Positions 41,011-51,786 of a DNA stretch of 64,000 nucleotides are shown piece after piece (the first letter of the stretch is position 1; every line of letters starts with the position of its first letter). The notes under the pieces were generated by a model. It was not told the origin of the DNA. It did not search any database and saw only the letters and a list, made by a program, of their open reading frames with translations. Made by a program: the position numbers and the translations under genes. This DNA comes from Patescibacteria group bacterium (GTDB taxonomy: Bacteria > Patescibacteriota > Patescibacteriia > UBA1558 > S5-K13): positions 1,365-65,364 of the forward strand of contig JAQUXC010000001.1 of assembly GCA_028692545.1 (NCBI GenBank). The letters run 5' to 3'.

Positions 41011-43707
41011 TTATTCTGTCAAATCTAAGTATAACTTTATTTTTTGTTCTCTAAAGTTTTCATCTTGATCATAAACTATTACAGACAATATATGTTCCCC
41101 ATTTTCAATTAAATCATTAAAATCGTAATTATAATTATATGGGTAGTTGTTATTTGATCCTATAAACTTATCATCTATTTTGTAAACTACTCTATTTATT
41201 TCATTTCCATTTTTTGCATTTACATTTACTTCTATATTTATATTATTTTCAGAAATTGTACTATTGTTTTGTGGACTTGTAATATTTAGATTAGGTTTAT
41301 TTTCCTCTGTATGAGTAGTCTCATATTCTGTGGGAGGATCACTTGTTTCTATATTATTTTCCTTTGCCCATTTAACTACCGCTTCTTCCCATGAAAAATA
41401 ATTTGGATCAACACTAGGATCTTCTGGAATACTACCGAGTGGATCTTCTCTATTTATATAATGTAAAATATTGTGAATTTTATTGAATGTTTTTTCTATT
41501 ATGGATCCAGGTGGGGTATTCTCTGTAGCGAGTAATCCAGAAGAACTATCTATCCTTACTTTTGTTTCTTGCATCATAGCACCACCAAGCATTGGTTTTG
41601 ATATTTCTTTTCTATCATAGCCAGCAAACCCTGTTTTTGGAATGTCTTTTAGAGCCTCTCTCATAAATGCATTCCAAATAGGAGCAGCTACAACACTACC
41701 ATCGGCACCACTAGTCATTTTTTTGTTGTCATTGTTTCCTACCCAAACAGCTGTGGCAATATTTGGAGTATAACCTATTGTCCAAGCGTCATTGAAATCA
41801 TTTGTAGTTCCTGTTTTTGCTGCAACAGGAATATCGCCAAGAGTTAGATAATTATTTTCTCCAAATATAAAACTTCTGGCGCTATTGTCGGATAGAGCAC
41901 TTGTGGTTTTTCTTGTTGCTTCTTCATCCATTACTTTTTTACCTTTTGAATCTTTTGCTTCATAGAGGACTTTTCCATTTGAATCTTCTACTTTTAGAAT
42001 TGATCTTGTTGGTTTTTCTACGCCATTTCTTGCAAGAGTCGCAAATCCATTTAAATGTTCCATCATTTTTACTTCAAGTCCACCAAGAACAAGAGATAGT
42101 CCATATCTGTCTTCACTTCCTATCGTTGTATATCCAATATTTTTTAAATAATTTAATGCATTTGGAATTCCTACGAGGTATAAAACTTTTACAGCTGGAA
42201 TATTTAGTGATCCAGAAAGTGCATTTCTAAGGGCTATTGGTCCATGATTTTTTAGATCATAATTTTTTGGCTCATAGTTTCCTGAGTCAGTTTTGAATAT
42301 AGTGGGAACATCAAACACAATGGTTTCTGGTTGATATCCTTTTTCAAAAGCTAGTGTATATATAAGAGGTTTTATAGAACTTCCTGGTTGTCTTTTTGAT
42401 AAGGTAATATTCACTTGTCCATCAATATCATCATTCCAGAAATCACGTGAACCAACCATGGATATTATATCTCCACTCTTTACGTCTATTGAAAGAAGTG
42501 CAGCATTGTTTGCATTGTATTTAGATGGATAATTTTCTGTTTTTTCTTTTATTAAATTTTCTGCAAATTCTTGTTTTTTGTAATCAAGTGTTGTGATAAC
42601 TTTTAGCCCACCTTGTTCTACTAATTTTTCTCCCAAAATTTCTACGAGTTCATCTTTTACATAAAAAACAAAGTGAGGTGCTTTTATATTATTTTCTTTT
42701 TGTTTGAAAACTAATTTTTCAGCTATTGCATTGTCATGTTCTTCTTGAGTAATATATTTTTGTTTGAGCATTAGTCCTAAAATATATTGTTGTCTTCCAA
42801 TAAGTTCTTCCCTATTTGGACCATAAGGAGAATAATATGAAGGAGCCTGAGGCATTGCTGCAAGAGTGGCTGCTTCTGCTATTGTTAGGTCTTTTGCGTG
42901 TTTGTCAAAATAGTAGTTTGAAGCAGACTCTATTCCATATAACACTGATCCATAAGGAATTTCATTGAAATACATTTTGAGTATTTCTTCTTTGGAGTAT
43001 TTTCTTTCTATTCTATATGATAAAATCCATTCTTTTATTTTTCTCTCTATACTTCTTTCATCTGTAAGAATTGCATTTTTTACAAATTGTTGAGTAAGTG
43101 TAGAACCACCTTGCGCTCTTTGACCCTTTAATCGTGGTACTATCTGACCTCGTAATATTCCCCAAATAGAAATTCCTTTGTGATTATAAAAATTTTTATC
43201 TTCTATTGATATAGTTGCATTTACTACATAAGGGGGCAAATCTTTTATTTCTATTAGAGTACGTTGCACATTACCATGAACATCATAGAGCATTGTTTCT
43301 CCAGTTTTATCATAAATTTTTGTACTCTGTACGATAGATCTATCTATAATCTTGTTTGGATCTGGTAAGTCACGGGAGTACCATGCAAATAATATAAGTG
43401 TAAATATTAATAATAATATAAAAGCTATAATTGCTTTTGGTATCATTTTAATAATAAACTTTTTGAATTGCTTTTTGTTTTTTTTCAGACTTTTCAATGT
43501 ATATTTTGTAGAGATATTTTTTATAGGTCTATTTTTTAATTCTACATTTAATTTTTTTGAAAAGATTTTTGGCGTTTTGAATATATTTTTTCTTTTTTGC
43601 AATTTTTGAATTCTTGGATTTACTGAATAACTAACATTAGAACTACCTACACGTTTGTTTGTCCAGCTTGATTTATTCCCTAGGTTTTTAAAATGATCTA
43701 TTGGCAT
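41011..43707 (-). CDS. Class A penicillin-binding protein (PBP1A family) with C-terminal Ig-like domain
   Basis: Transglycosylase EDKNFY.H.G, GGSTLTQQFVKN, RK.KE; transpeptidase PGSSIK, SLN, KTGT. Start moved to MPIDHF (43707). Confidence 0.93.
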   Translation of the reverse strand: MPIDHFKNLGNKSSWTNKRVGSSNVSYSVNPRIQKLQKRKNIFKTPKIFSKKLNVELKNRPIKNISTKYTLKSLKKNKKQFKKFIIKMIPKAIIAFILLLIFTLILFAWYSRDLPDPNKIIDRSIVQSTKIYDKTGETMLYDVHGNVQRTLIEIKDLPPYVVNATISIEDKNFYNHKGISIWGILRGQIVPRLKGQRAQGGSTLTQQFVKNAILTDERSIERKIKEWILSYRIERKYSKEEILKMYFNEIPYGSVLYGIESASNYYFDKHAKDLTIAEAATLAAMPQAPSYYSPYGPNREELIGRQQYILGLMLKQKYITQEEHDNAIAEKLVFKQKENNIKAPHFVFYVKDELVEILGEKLVEQGGLKVITTLDYKKQEFAENLIKEKTENYPSKYNANNAALLSIDVKSGDIISMVGSRDFWNDDIDGQVNITLSKRQPGSSIKPLIYTLAFEKGYQPETIVFDVPTIFKTDSGNYEPKNYDLKNHGPIALRNALSGSLNIPAVKVLYLVGIPNALNYLKNIGYTTIGSEDRYGLSLVLGGLEVKMMEHLNGFATLARNGVEKPTRSILKVEDSNGKVLYEAKDSKGKKVMDEEATRKTTSALSDNSARSFIFGENNYLTLGDIPVAAKTGTTNDFNDAWTIGYTPNIATAVWVGNNDNKKMTSGADGSVVAAPIWNAFMREALKDIPKTGFAGYDRKEISKPMLGGAMMQETKVRIDSSSGLLATENTPPGSIIEKTFNKIHNILHYINREDPLGSIPEDPSVDPNYFSWEEAVVKWAKENNIETSDPPTEYETTHTEENKPNLNITSPQNNSTISENNINIEVNVNAKNGNEINRVVYKIDDKFIGSNNNYPYNYNYDFNDLIENGEHILSVIVYDQDENFREQKIKLYLDLTE

Positions 43708-43724
43708 ATGAAAAGTTTTTTTAG

Positions 43725-43791
43725 AGTCACCTCGACCGATCCCGCATTGCGGGACTTCGGTCGAAATGACTTCCGATATCGGTCGAGACGA
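43725..43791. repeat. Nested palindromic REP-like element
   Basis: CTCGACCGAT-[TCCCGCATTGCGGGA]-TTCGGTCGA...ATCGGTCGAG. Confidence 0.6.
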
Positions 43792-44017
43792 CAACAAAAG
43801 ATGATGTCTTACAATTTTCCAAAATAATTTTTAATTAAATAACCTTATCACTTATTATGTATTATAGCAATATTATATTATAAAATAAAACTATTGTTTT
43901 ATTGGGGTTTTCGTATTAATATTTATATATTAAGAAGTATAAAGTTAAAAGTTGGAAGTTATAAATTTTATGTTTTATTTATAACTTTATAACTCAGTAC
44001 TTTCTAACTAAATTTTT

Positions 44018-45214
44018 ATGGATAAAATTAATAATGACAAATTTAATGAACTTCTAACTCGTGGAGTGCAAGATATTGTAGGACGTGAGGATTTGGAGAA
44101 AAAATTAAAATCAAATGAAAAAATGAAAATTTATATTGGGGCTGATCCAAACAGGCCAGATATTCATATTGGTCACGCCGTGGCAATTAGAAAACTTCGA
44201 AAATTTCAAGAGTTAGGACATAAAATAATTTTTCTTATTGGTGATTTTACAGCACAGATTGGAGATCCAACTGGCAAAGATGAGGCACGTCAACAATTAT
44301 CCCCGGCTGAAGTAAAGAAAAATGCAAAAACTTATAGAAATCAAATCTCAAAGATATTAGACTTCAAAGGAAAAAACAAGGCTGAGATAAAATATAATTC
44401 AGATTGGAATAAAAAATTAAAATTTCAAGGCTTGATAGAGCTTGCCTCAAACTTTACAGTACAACAATTTTTAGAGCGTGATATGTATCAAAAAAGAATA
44501 AAAGAAGGTAAGCCAATTTCACTTCACGAATTTTTTTATCCACTTATGCAAGCATATGATAGTGTATTTATGGACGTTGACATGGAAGTTGGTGGAAATG
44601 ATCAATTATTCAATATGCTTTGTGGCAGAACTTTGATGCAAAAGTTGAAAAACAAGAATAAAATTGTAATGACCTTCCAAATGCTTGAAGGAACTGATGG
44701 AAGAAAAATGTCAAAGTCATATGACAATTATGTTGGAGTAAATGATTTGCCAAATGATATGTTTGGAAAAGTTATGTCTATCACAGATGATTTGATTATA
44801 AAATATTTTATGCTTTGCACAGATTTGAAAATGAGTGAAATCAAAGAGCTAGAAAACAAAATGAAAAGTGGTGAAAATCCAAGAAACTTGAAATCAAGAT
44901 TGGCATATGAAATTGTGAGTATTTATCATGGAGAACAATATGCAAAATTAGCGCAATGTGAATTTGATAATGTTTTTAAAAACAAAGAAAAACCGGCTGA
45001 TATAAAAAAGGTTTCTCTAGGTGATGATAAGGATATTATCAATTTACTTTATGAATTTGAATTGGTAACATCAAAAACAGAAGCAAGGAAAATGATTGAG
45101 CAAAATGCTGTGAAAGTAAATGATGAAAAAATTACTGATATGAATTTTGTCTTCAAAAAAGGCGAAAAATATTTGATTCAAGTTGGAAAGAGAAGATTTT
45201 TGGAAATAGAATAA
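44018..45214 (+). CDS. tyrS: Tyrosine--tRNA ligase
   Basis: HIGH, IGDPTG, YPLMQAYD, GGNDQLFN, KMSKS, C-terminal S4 domain QVGKRRF. Confidence 0.97.
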   Translation: MDKINNDKFNELLTRGVQDIVGREDLEKKLKSNEKMKIYIGADPNRPDIHIGHAVAIRKLRKFQELGHKIIFLIGDFTAQIGDPTGKDEARQQLSPAEVKKNAKTYRNQISKILDFKGKNKAEIKYNSDWNKKLKFQGLIELASNFTVQQFLERDMYQKRIKEGKPISLHEFFYPLMQAYDSVFMDVDMEVGGNDQLFNMLCGRTLMQKLKNKNKIVMTFQMLEGTDGRKMSKSYDNYVGVNDLPNDMFGKVMSITDDLIIKYFMLCTDLKMSEIKELENKMKSGENPRNLKSRLAYEIVSIYHGEQYAKLAQCEFDNVFKNKEKPADIKKVSLGDDKDIINLLYEFELVTSKTEARKMIEQNAVKVNDEKITDMNFVFKKGEKYLIQVGKRRFLEIE

Positions 45215-45298
45215 CCCTGTTTTGCTGGATTGTGTATTTATAAAAAGATAAACGTCGGATGTTTAGTCCGACGCTTTTTTGATAGTTTATAAAAGTGG

Positions 45299-45709
45299 TT
45301 ATATTGACCACCTCCTTATTTCTTTTATGATCTTATTCACATGGTTTTTGGTTTGTTCCACTGTGTGCATACTGGTGTTGTGTGTAATAGTCTCATAGAA
45401 ATCAAAGGATCCTTTTTTCCTCGAGAATAACACCATATTTGGATACAGGTTTTTGTCCCTGCACAGTTGAAAGACTTCGTAAGCACTTTGGAACAAATTT
45501 TTGTCCATTTTGAGTGATTTACCGTCGCGACTGTCCATATCAATCAAAAGCAGATTAGCCTTGTTTTCGGAGAACATAGTTCTTATATTCTCCCCATCAT
45601 GTGCTTGGGTTATGGAGTCCAAAATTTGAACTTCAAAACCTTTCTCTACAAGAGCCTTGAGAACTGGTGTTAGGAATTTTTCATTCCTTGAATATAATAG
45701 GACTTTCAT
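45299..45709 (-). CDS. Degenerate response-regulator receiver-like protein (strong-SD class)
   Basis: MKVLL...L...GFEV...LLLIDM receiver pattern lacking the acidic DD; GGAGG SD. Confidence 0.55.
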   Translation of the reverse strand: MKVLLYSRNEKFLTPVLKALVEKGFEVQILDSITQAHDGENIRTMFSENKANLLLIDMDSRDGKSLKMDKNLFQSAYEVFQLCRDKNLYPNMVLFSRKKGSFDFYETITHNTSMHTVEQTKNHVNKIIKEIRRWSI

Positions 45710-45721
45710 CTTTACCTCCCG

Positions 45722-46183
45722 TCACACATAAAGTAGTGACTCTAATTTTTCTTTTATTTGATGTCTGTTGTGTAGCATTGAACTTGTCTTTTCCAAGACA
45801 ATAATATCTGTTGAAAAATCAACTCCATGCAAGAATTCATCTTTCATTTCTTGAATTTTTGTTTCGGTGCATCCGGAATATATTATGAACGCTCCTGGAT
45901 AGAAGATTGATTTGAGTTTTTTTAAAAGTACAAACCCATTTGTTTCTGTCATCTCAAGGTCGCTTATGATAGCGACAATTTTTTGATTGGATTCCACGGC
46001 CTTTAAAAGCTCTTTGTAGTCATCGTGGAATACAAGAATTGATGTATTGGGTATATCAATTTTTTGCAGAGCATATTTTAATAGCTCTAGATCACCCAAG
46101 TTATCATCTATTATCGCGATACATAATCCTCCTTGTTGCAATTGATGCAACAAGTTTTTAGATTTTTTTACGTAGTGCGTCAT
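45722..46183 (-). CDS. Stand-alone response-regulator receiver domain protein (strong-SD class)
   Basis: IAIIDDN, IISDLEM...NGF.LLK, IIYSG, LEK; GGAGG SD. Confidence 0.75.
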   Translation of the reverse strand: MTHYVKKSKNLLHQLQQGGLCIAIIDDNLGDLELLKYALQKIDIPNTSILVFHDDYKELLKAVESNQKIVAIISDLEMTETNGFVLLKKLKSIFYPGAFIIYSGCTETKIQEMKDEFLHGVDFSTDIIVLEKTSSMLHNRHQIKEKLESLLYV

Positions 46184-46383
46184 TTATCCTCCCGTCTAAA
46201 TTGACAATTTCTATCTGTAGAATACAACTTTTTTTGAAAAAGTCAATTCCATAATCATTGCATAATAGGTTAATAGTATAATTGTTTAATAGGATAATAT
46301 AGAAGTTTGTTTTTATTTTCCCTGTTTTATTGTATAATTTATAGGTGAAGATTAAATAAAAATAAAAATTATTTTAAAATTAT

Positions 46384-46827
46384 ATGTTTAGTAAAAAAAA
46401 TAAGAATAAAAAAACAATACCAGTTCAAAGTGAAAAAAAAGAAGAATCAATCTCTAAATTTGAAGATACAAAAAATTGGATAGAAGAAGAGGAAGAAGAG
46501 GGGGAATTATTGGTAGACGTTTTTCAACAAAATGATAATATATTAATTCGTTCTACTGTGGCTGGAGTAAAGCCAGAAGATATTGATATAGATATCAATA
46601 ATGATATGATAACAATCAGAGGGAAAAGAAAAGAATGTTCTGGGATAGATGAAGATGATTATTTTTATAGAGAATGTTATTGGGGTAGTTTTTCTAGATC
46701 CGTAATATTGCCTTGCGAAGTACAGGCTAGTAAAGTAAAGGCAAATTTGAAAGATGGGGTGTTGACCGTTACGTTACCAAAAGTCAAAAAAGAAAAATCT
46801 GTAAAAGTCTCGATAGATGTTAAATAG
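46384..46827 (+). CDS. Hsp20/alpha-crystallin small heat-shock protein
   Basis: VDVFQ, AGVKPEDIDI, ECYWGSFSRSVILP, A.LKDGVLTVTLPK. Confidence 0.93.
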   Translation: MFSKKNKNKKTIPVQSEKKEESISKFEDTKNWIEEEEEEGELLVDVFQQNDNILIRSTVAGVKPEDIDIDINNDMITIRGKRKECSGIDEDDYFYRECYWGSFSRSVILPCEVQASKVKANLKDGVLTVTLPKVKKEKSVKVSIDVK

Positions 46828-46891
46828 TAATTATTATTTTTTGTAAATTGGATTCCCTCATTTTTTATGGGGGTTTTTATTTAAGAAATTT

Positions 46892-48820
46892 ATGTTTTTT
46901 TTCAAAAAAAAAGATAAGCAAGAAAATCTAGAAAACGAAAAAGGGGTTCAAGAAAAAAAGAAACCATTTTTTGTTATTTTAGCTAGAGTTTTTGTGATAG
47001 TTTTTATAGTACTGATTGTAATAGCTCTTTTCTTATTGTCATATAATTCTTTTTTTTCACACAAGGTATTTCCAGGTGTTTATTTGAATGATATTAGTAT
47101 GGGAGGAAAAAGTTATTCAGATGTGTATAATTTTCTTGATGAAAATAGTAACAAATTTATAAATGATGGAATTGAATATAAATTTAATGAAAAATCTATA
47201 ATAATAAAACCAATTGTAAGCATTGGAAGCGATGGTGCGACAAGAGAGCTTGTAAGTTTTTACAATGATGAGACAGCGAAAGAAATTTTTTCTATAGGTA
47301 GAAGGTCAAACTTTTTTTTAAATATGTTTGAGCAGTTGAAGGTGTTACTTATACAGCCAAAGAATATAGAATGGAAATATGATTTTAGTGATGAGACTTG
47401 GAAAGATATATTGAAAGAAAGTTTTTCTGAATTTGAAAAACCATTTACTCCACCACATACAGAATTTGAAAATGGTGAAATGATAATAAAAGATTCAATA
47501 GATGGAGAAGAATTTAATTATGATTTACTTGTAAAATTTACAAAACAAAAAATAAACAAATTTGATTTTAGTAAAGTTATACTTGTTTTAAATTCTATAA
47601 AATCTCCTGTTACTATTGATATGGCAAAAGAAAAAATAGAAAATGCAAAAAATATTATAGATTTAAAAGAATTAATATTTCATTACAAAGAAGATGATTG
47701 GAAAATAAATTCTGATATATATACAAATTGGATAGTTTTTATAATAGATGATGCAAATAATACAAAAGTGAGTTTTGATTTTGATAAATTCAAAGAATAT
47801 TTTGAAAAACATATATCTATATCTATAAATCAAGAAAGTAAAGACGCGAAGTTTGAAATTATTGGAGGTAAGGTAAGTAAATTTCAAGGTAGCCAAGATG
47901 GATATGAACTGAATTTGGAAGAAAGTTTCAAGATAACAGAAGAAAAAATAAATAATTTAGAAAATAATATAGATTTGGTTGTAGATGTGAAACAATCAGA
48001 TGTTGAAACAAAAAATGTAAATGATTTTGGCATAAAAGAAATAATAGGCAGTGGAGAATCAGATTTTAAAGGTAGTCCAAAAAACAGAATTCACAATATA
48101 AAAACTGGAGCAGCAAAATTAAATGGAATGCTTATTGCGCCCGGCGAAGAATTTTCTACAATAGGAAATTTGTTGCCAATTGATGCAGCAGGCGGATATC
48201 TTACAGAACTTGTAATAAAAGACAACAGAACTATTCCAGAGTATGGTGGAGGACTTTGTCAAATAGGAACTACTGTTTATAGAGCAGCTATTGATAGTGG
48301 ATTAAAGATTACAGAGAGGCGCCCACATTCTTATCGTGTTGTTTATTATGAGCCAGCAGGAACTGATGCGACAATCTATGATCCATGGCCAGATTTGAAA
48401 TTTGTAAATGATACAGAACATTATATTTTGATTCAATCAAATATAGTTGGTACAAAATTATATTTTGATTTTTGGGGAACAAAAGATGGAAGAAAAGTTA
48501 CTATTTCAAAACCAGTTATTTATAACATTGTAAAACCTGCTCCTACAAAAGAGGTGCAAACTGATACTTTGGCGCCAGGAGTAAGAAAATGTACAGAATC
48601 AGCTCATGCTGGAGCAGATGCTTATTTTGATTACAGGGTAGAATATGCAGATGATAGAGAAGTTTATGAAGAAAGAGTTAGATCTCATTATGTTCCATGG
48701 CAAGCAGTTTGTCTTGTTGGTGTAGAAAAAAAAGTTGAAGAAGAAATTCCAACAGAAACAACAACTGGGGATATGGGAGATACTAATACAGAGAATACTG
48801 CTACATCCTCTCAAGAATAA
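46892..48820 (+). CDS. VanW family protein with peptidoglycan-binding (YoaR-like) region
   Basis: NRIHNI, LNG.LIAPGEEFS, GGGLCQ..TT..RA, ER.PHS..V.YY, G.DAT, DLKF.NDT. Confidence 0.9.
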   Translation: MFFFKKKDKQENLENEKGVQEKKKPFFVILARVFVIVFIVLIVIALFLLSYNSFFSHKVFPGVYLNDISMGGKSYSDVYNFLDENSNKFINDGIEYKFNEKSIIIKPIVSIGSDGATRELVSFYNDETAKEIFSIGRRSNFFLNMFEQLKVLLIQPKNIEWKYDFSDETWKDILKESFSEFEKPFTPPHTEFENGEMIIKDSIDGEEFNYDLLVKFTKQKINKFDFSKVILVLNSIKSPVTIDMAKEKIENAKNIIDLKELIFHYKEDDWKINSDIYTNWIVFIIDDANNTKVSFDFDKFKEYFEKHISISINQESKDAKFEIIGGKVSKFQGSQDGYELNLEESFKITEEKINNLENNIDLVVDVKQSDVETKNVNDFGIKEIIGSGESDFKGSPKNRIHNIKTGAAKLNGMLIAPGEEFSTIGNLLPIDAAGGYLTELVIKDNRTIPEYGGGLCQIGTTVYRAAIDSGLKITERRPHSYRVVYYEPAGTDATIYDPWPDLKFVNDTEHYILIQSNIVGTKLYFDFWGTKDGRKVTISKPVIYNIVKPAPTKEVQTDTLAPGVRKCTESAHAGADAYFDYRVEYADDREVYEERVRSHYVPWQAVCLVGVEKKVEEEIPTETTTGDMGDTNTENTATSSQE

Positions 48821-48930
48821 ATTTGGTTTCGTTAAACGGTTTTGATGTCCATAACGTTAGACGTAAAACGTAATATTTCGTCCTGCTAAGCGAGACAGGT
48901 TGCCACCTAAACCGTATATCGTATAATGAT

Positions 48931-49425
48931 TTACAAAACTATAAGTTTTGTAATTTTTGTTTTAGTGTCTAGTATTGCAAAAGTACTTTTATTGAATAAT
49001 CCAGCGAGAGTTCCTGGATTTAGAACTTTGCAATTATTTATTTTTTCTTCCCATGGTTTATGAGTATGACCATAAAAGACAAAATTATATTTGTCAGTTT
49101 TTGCTAATTCTTTTGCAGACTCAGGAAAATGAGTAAAGGCAATTTTTATGTTATCTATTTCAATCTCACCAAATTCTTCAAAAAGTTTTATATTTTTTGT
49201 ATCTTTAGATGTCATTTTTTTCATCATTTCATGATCTCCGTCTACATTTCCAAGTGATAAATAAATATCTCCTTCAAATTTTTGTGCTAAATATTTCATC
49301 ACGCCAGGAGCACAAACATCTCCACAGTGAATTATTATTTTTATATTTTCCTTTGTTAATATTCCAAGCATTTGATCAATTCTTGGAATATTGTCATGGG
49401 AGTCAGACATTATTGCTATTTTCAT
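48931..49425 (-). CDS. YfcE/MJ0936-type metallophosphoesterase
   Basis: SDSHDN, HCGD, GNVD, TH, GHTH, NPG. Confidence 0.92.
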   Translation of the reverse strand: MKIAIMSDSHDNIPRIDQMLGILTKENIKIIIHCGDVCAPGVMKYLAQKFEGDIYLSLGNVDGDHEMMKKMTSKDTKNIKLFEEFGEIEIDNIKIAFTHFPESAKELAKTDKYNFVFYGHTHKPWEEKINNCKVLNPGTLAGLFNKSTFAILDTKTKITKLIVL

Positions 49426-49466
49426 AAATTTAGATGATTAGTAAGTTAGGATAGTTATGGTTCATT

Positions 49467-50282
49467 TTATATTATTTTTTTATGATGAAAATATATTTTG
49501 TGCTTTATTTTGTTTTCCATACAATATAATTTTATATCCTTTTCTAAATTAATAAAATAATCATTTTTTGTAAAATAAATTTCTTTGTATTTTGAAACAA
49601 GGCTAGGAAATTTGTTTTCTAAAACTTTGAAAATATTGTTTTGAATTGATGGGTATAAATTTAGATTTTCAAACCAATATTCATCAACAAAATTTTTTGT
49701 AATATTTATTATTTCTTTCCAATTTGTAATTTCGGGAAGTATTGGAGAAACAAACAAAATTGTTTTTATATTATTTTTATGTGATTTTTCAAGTGTATTG
49801 ATTCTATTTTCTATTTTTGGTGAATTCTTTTCAAAAAATTTCTTGATATTTTCATCAGATGAACACATCGAAATTACTACTTCAATATTTTTGAATTGTT
49901 TTAATAATTCTAAATCTCTCAAAATAAGATCTGATTTTGTAAGAATATTAAAATGAGCATTTACATCTTTGATATTTTCTAATATTTTTTTTGTAATTTC
50001 AAATTCTTTTTCTGCTTCTTGGTATGGATCTGTTACAGAACCGATTACTATTATTTTATTGCATATCTTTTTTATTTCTTTTTTGATAATTTCTGGTGCA
50101 TTTATTTTGACATCAACGAATTCTCCCCACTCTTCACTGTGATTTGTAAATTTTTTCATAAAACGAGCGTAACAATAAATACATCCGTGTCCGCATCCAG
50201 TATATGGATTTATAACAAAATCAGCGCCTGGAAGTCCTGACTTTGTAATTATTGATTTCGCAGTAATCTGTTTTATGAGCAT
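49467..50282 (-). CDS. Radical SAM protein, spore photoproduct lyase-like
   Basis: NPYTGCGHGCIYCYA, SVTDPYQ.AE, ILTKS.L..RD. Confidence 0.88.
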   Translation of the reverse strand: MLIKQITAKSIITKSGLPGADFVINPYTGCGHGCIYCYARFMKKFTNHSEEWGEFVDVKINAPEIIKKEIKKICNKIIVIGSVTDPYQEAEKEFEITKKILENIKDVNAHFNILTKSDLILRDLELLKQFKNIEVVISMCSSDENIKKFFEKNSPKIENRINTLEKSHKNNIKTILFVSPILPEITNWKEIINITKNFVDEYWFENLNLYPSIQNNIFKVLENKFPSLVSKYKEIYFTKNDYFINLEKDIKLYCMENKIKHKIYFHHKKII

Positions 50283-50891
50283 TTATTTAATAATTCTATA
50301 ATTTTCATCTTCTATAAATACAGCTTCTTCATCATTAATTTCTATTATATGATAGTCAACTGTTTTTTTAAATTTTTGTAATTCTTTTTTCATATTTGGT
50401 TTGAAATGTGGAAGTATTGAAATATTTGTAAGGTTTAATCCTGTTAAGTTTTTTAATTTTATGATATTTTCATCTGATTCAGATCCCCAACCAGCAAGCT
50501 TTATGTTATATCCAGCAATAATACTTCCAGCACTTACTCCAAAATATAGTGAGTTATTTTTTATTACAGATCTTTTTACAAAATCAAATATGTCAGTTTT
50601 TTTCATTCTATCTAATATACAAAATGTGTTTCCACCACAAACCCAGATAATATCAAAATGTTTTTTGTTATCAGTAAATTTATCATTGTGCATATCAAAA
50701 GGAGTCACATTTGTAATTCCAATACTTTTTATTTTTTCTTTTGTATACTCTATATAAGCTTCTGGCTCTATATCTAATTTATAAAAAATCAAAAGCAAAG
50801 AACAATCTTTTGCCTTTTTTGGTAATTTTGAGATAAAAAACTTTTTTAAATTTTGAGTTGAAAGTCCGTCCGAACTGAGAAATAATTTCAT
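50283..50891 (-). CDS. Peptidase S51 (dipeptidase E) family
   Basis: GGNTF, GVSAGS, GL.L....I.PH. Confidence 0.88.
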   Translation of the reverse strand: MKLFLSSDGLSTQNLKKFFISKLPKKAKDCSLLLIFYKLDIEPEAYIEYTKEKIKSIGITNVTPFDMHNDKFTDNKKHFDIIWVCGGNTFCILDRMKKTDIFDFVKRSVIKNNSLYFGVSAGSIIAGYNIKLAGWGSESDENIIKLKNLTGLNLTNISILPHFKPNMKKELQKFKKTVDYHIIEINDEEAVFIEDENYRIIK

Positions 50892-50895
50892 AAAA

Positions 50896-51219
50896 TTATT
50901 TTATAATTCCATTTACAATAGATAGTGTCAAACTTAGAAGCAATGCATACCAAAAACTTATTACAGTAAAACCTGGTACAAAATGTGAGGCAAGAAGTAT
51001 CATTACTGCACTTATTACAAATGTAAAAAGGCCAAGAGTGAGAATTGTAAGTGGTAATGTCAAAAATATTAATATTGGTTTTAATACTGCATTCAAAAGT
51101 CCTATTACAAGTGCTGTAATAAGTGCCGTTGCAAAATCAGTGATTTTTATTCCAGATAATATTTTTGGTGATACAAATATTATAAGTGCATTTATTAGCC
51201 AAACCGCAAGCATTTTCAT
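50896..51219 (-). CDS. YvlD-like 4-TMS 'phage holin superfamily IV' membrane protein
   Basis: ALVIGLLNAVLKPIL..LTLP...LTLGLFTFVI.A. Confidence 0.88.
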   Translation of the reverse strand: MKMLAVWLINALIIFVSPKILSGIKITDFATALITALVIGLLNAVLKPILIFLTLPLTILTLGLFTFVISAVMILLASHFVPGFTVISFWYALLLSLTLSIVNGIIK

Positions 51220-51352
51220 AATTTTTTGTATTTAATTGTTATATATTGTATTATATAATTTTATAACACTTATAGGAAATCAATATTTGATTTTATTGTT
51301 TTGTGAAACAGGTATTGTTTTCTAAAAAAAGATATATTACGGGAGGAATAAA

Positions 51353-51712
51353 ATGAAACAGAGAATAATCTTTGTTAGCGATGACTTGGATGAGCATGAG
51401 AAAAACCTGTTATCTATTATAGGAAAGTATTTTGAGTCCTTTGAAAAAAAGGGGTTGATGGATAACAGAGAATTTGTCTTTGTAGGCGGAACAAATATAG
51501 AAATAGGGGTAGGGGATGAGGATATTGTTATTTTTTTTGTGACAAAAAAGAATGTTGCAAATGAAGACTATGTATCCTTATTATCACTTCCTTTTAAGAA
51601 AAAGTTCTTTGTCTCTACAATTTCAGCTCATTCTTTTCGTGCAATTGGGGTAACGGAAGACAATTTCATTCCAATTATTCCAAAAGATGGTTTCTTGAAA
51701 ATTTTTTCCTAG
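51353..51712 (+). CDS. Hypothetical protein (strong-SD class)
   Basis: GGGAGG SD; terminator-like hairpin at about 51733-51760. Confidence 0.65.
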   Translation: MKQRIIFVSDDLDEHEKNLLSIIGKYFESFEKKGLMDNREFVFVGGTNIEIGVGDEDIVIFFVTKKNVANEDYVSLLSLPFKKKFFVSTISAHSFRAIGVTEDNFIPIIPKDGFLKIFS

Positions 51713-51786
51713 TTTTTTATTAGGAGAATAATTAGGGAGGGGTTTTACCTCTCTCTTTTTTATTTTTCTAAAAAAATGTTATATTT

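Noticed and set aside
43708-43797. N-terminal 30 aa of the 928-aa PBP ORF
   Set aside because: Translation of a palindromic repeat from a TTG; the likely start is ATG at 43707.
48828-48922. Hammerhead ribozyme (GGACGAAA on the minus strand)
   Set aside because: The CUGANGA core is missing.
50896-51219. 'Phage holin' as evidence of a prophage
   Set aside because: YvlD-like family is common on chromosomes; no endolysin, terminase, capsid or integrase is nearby.
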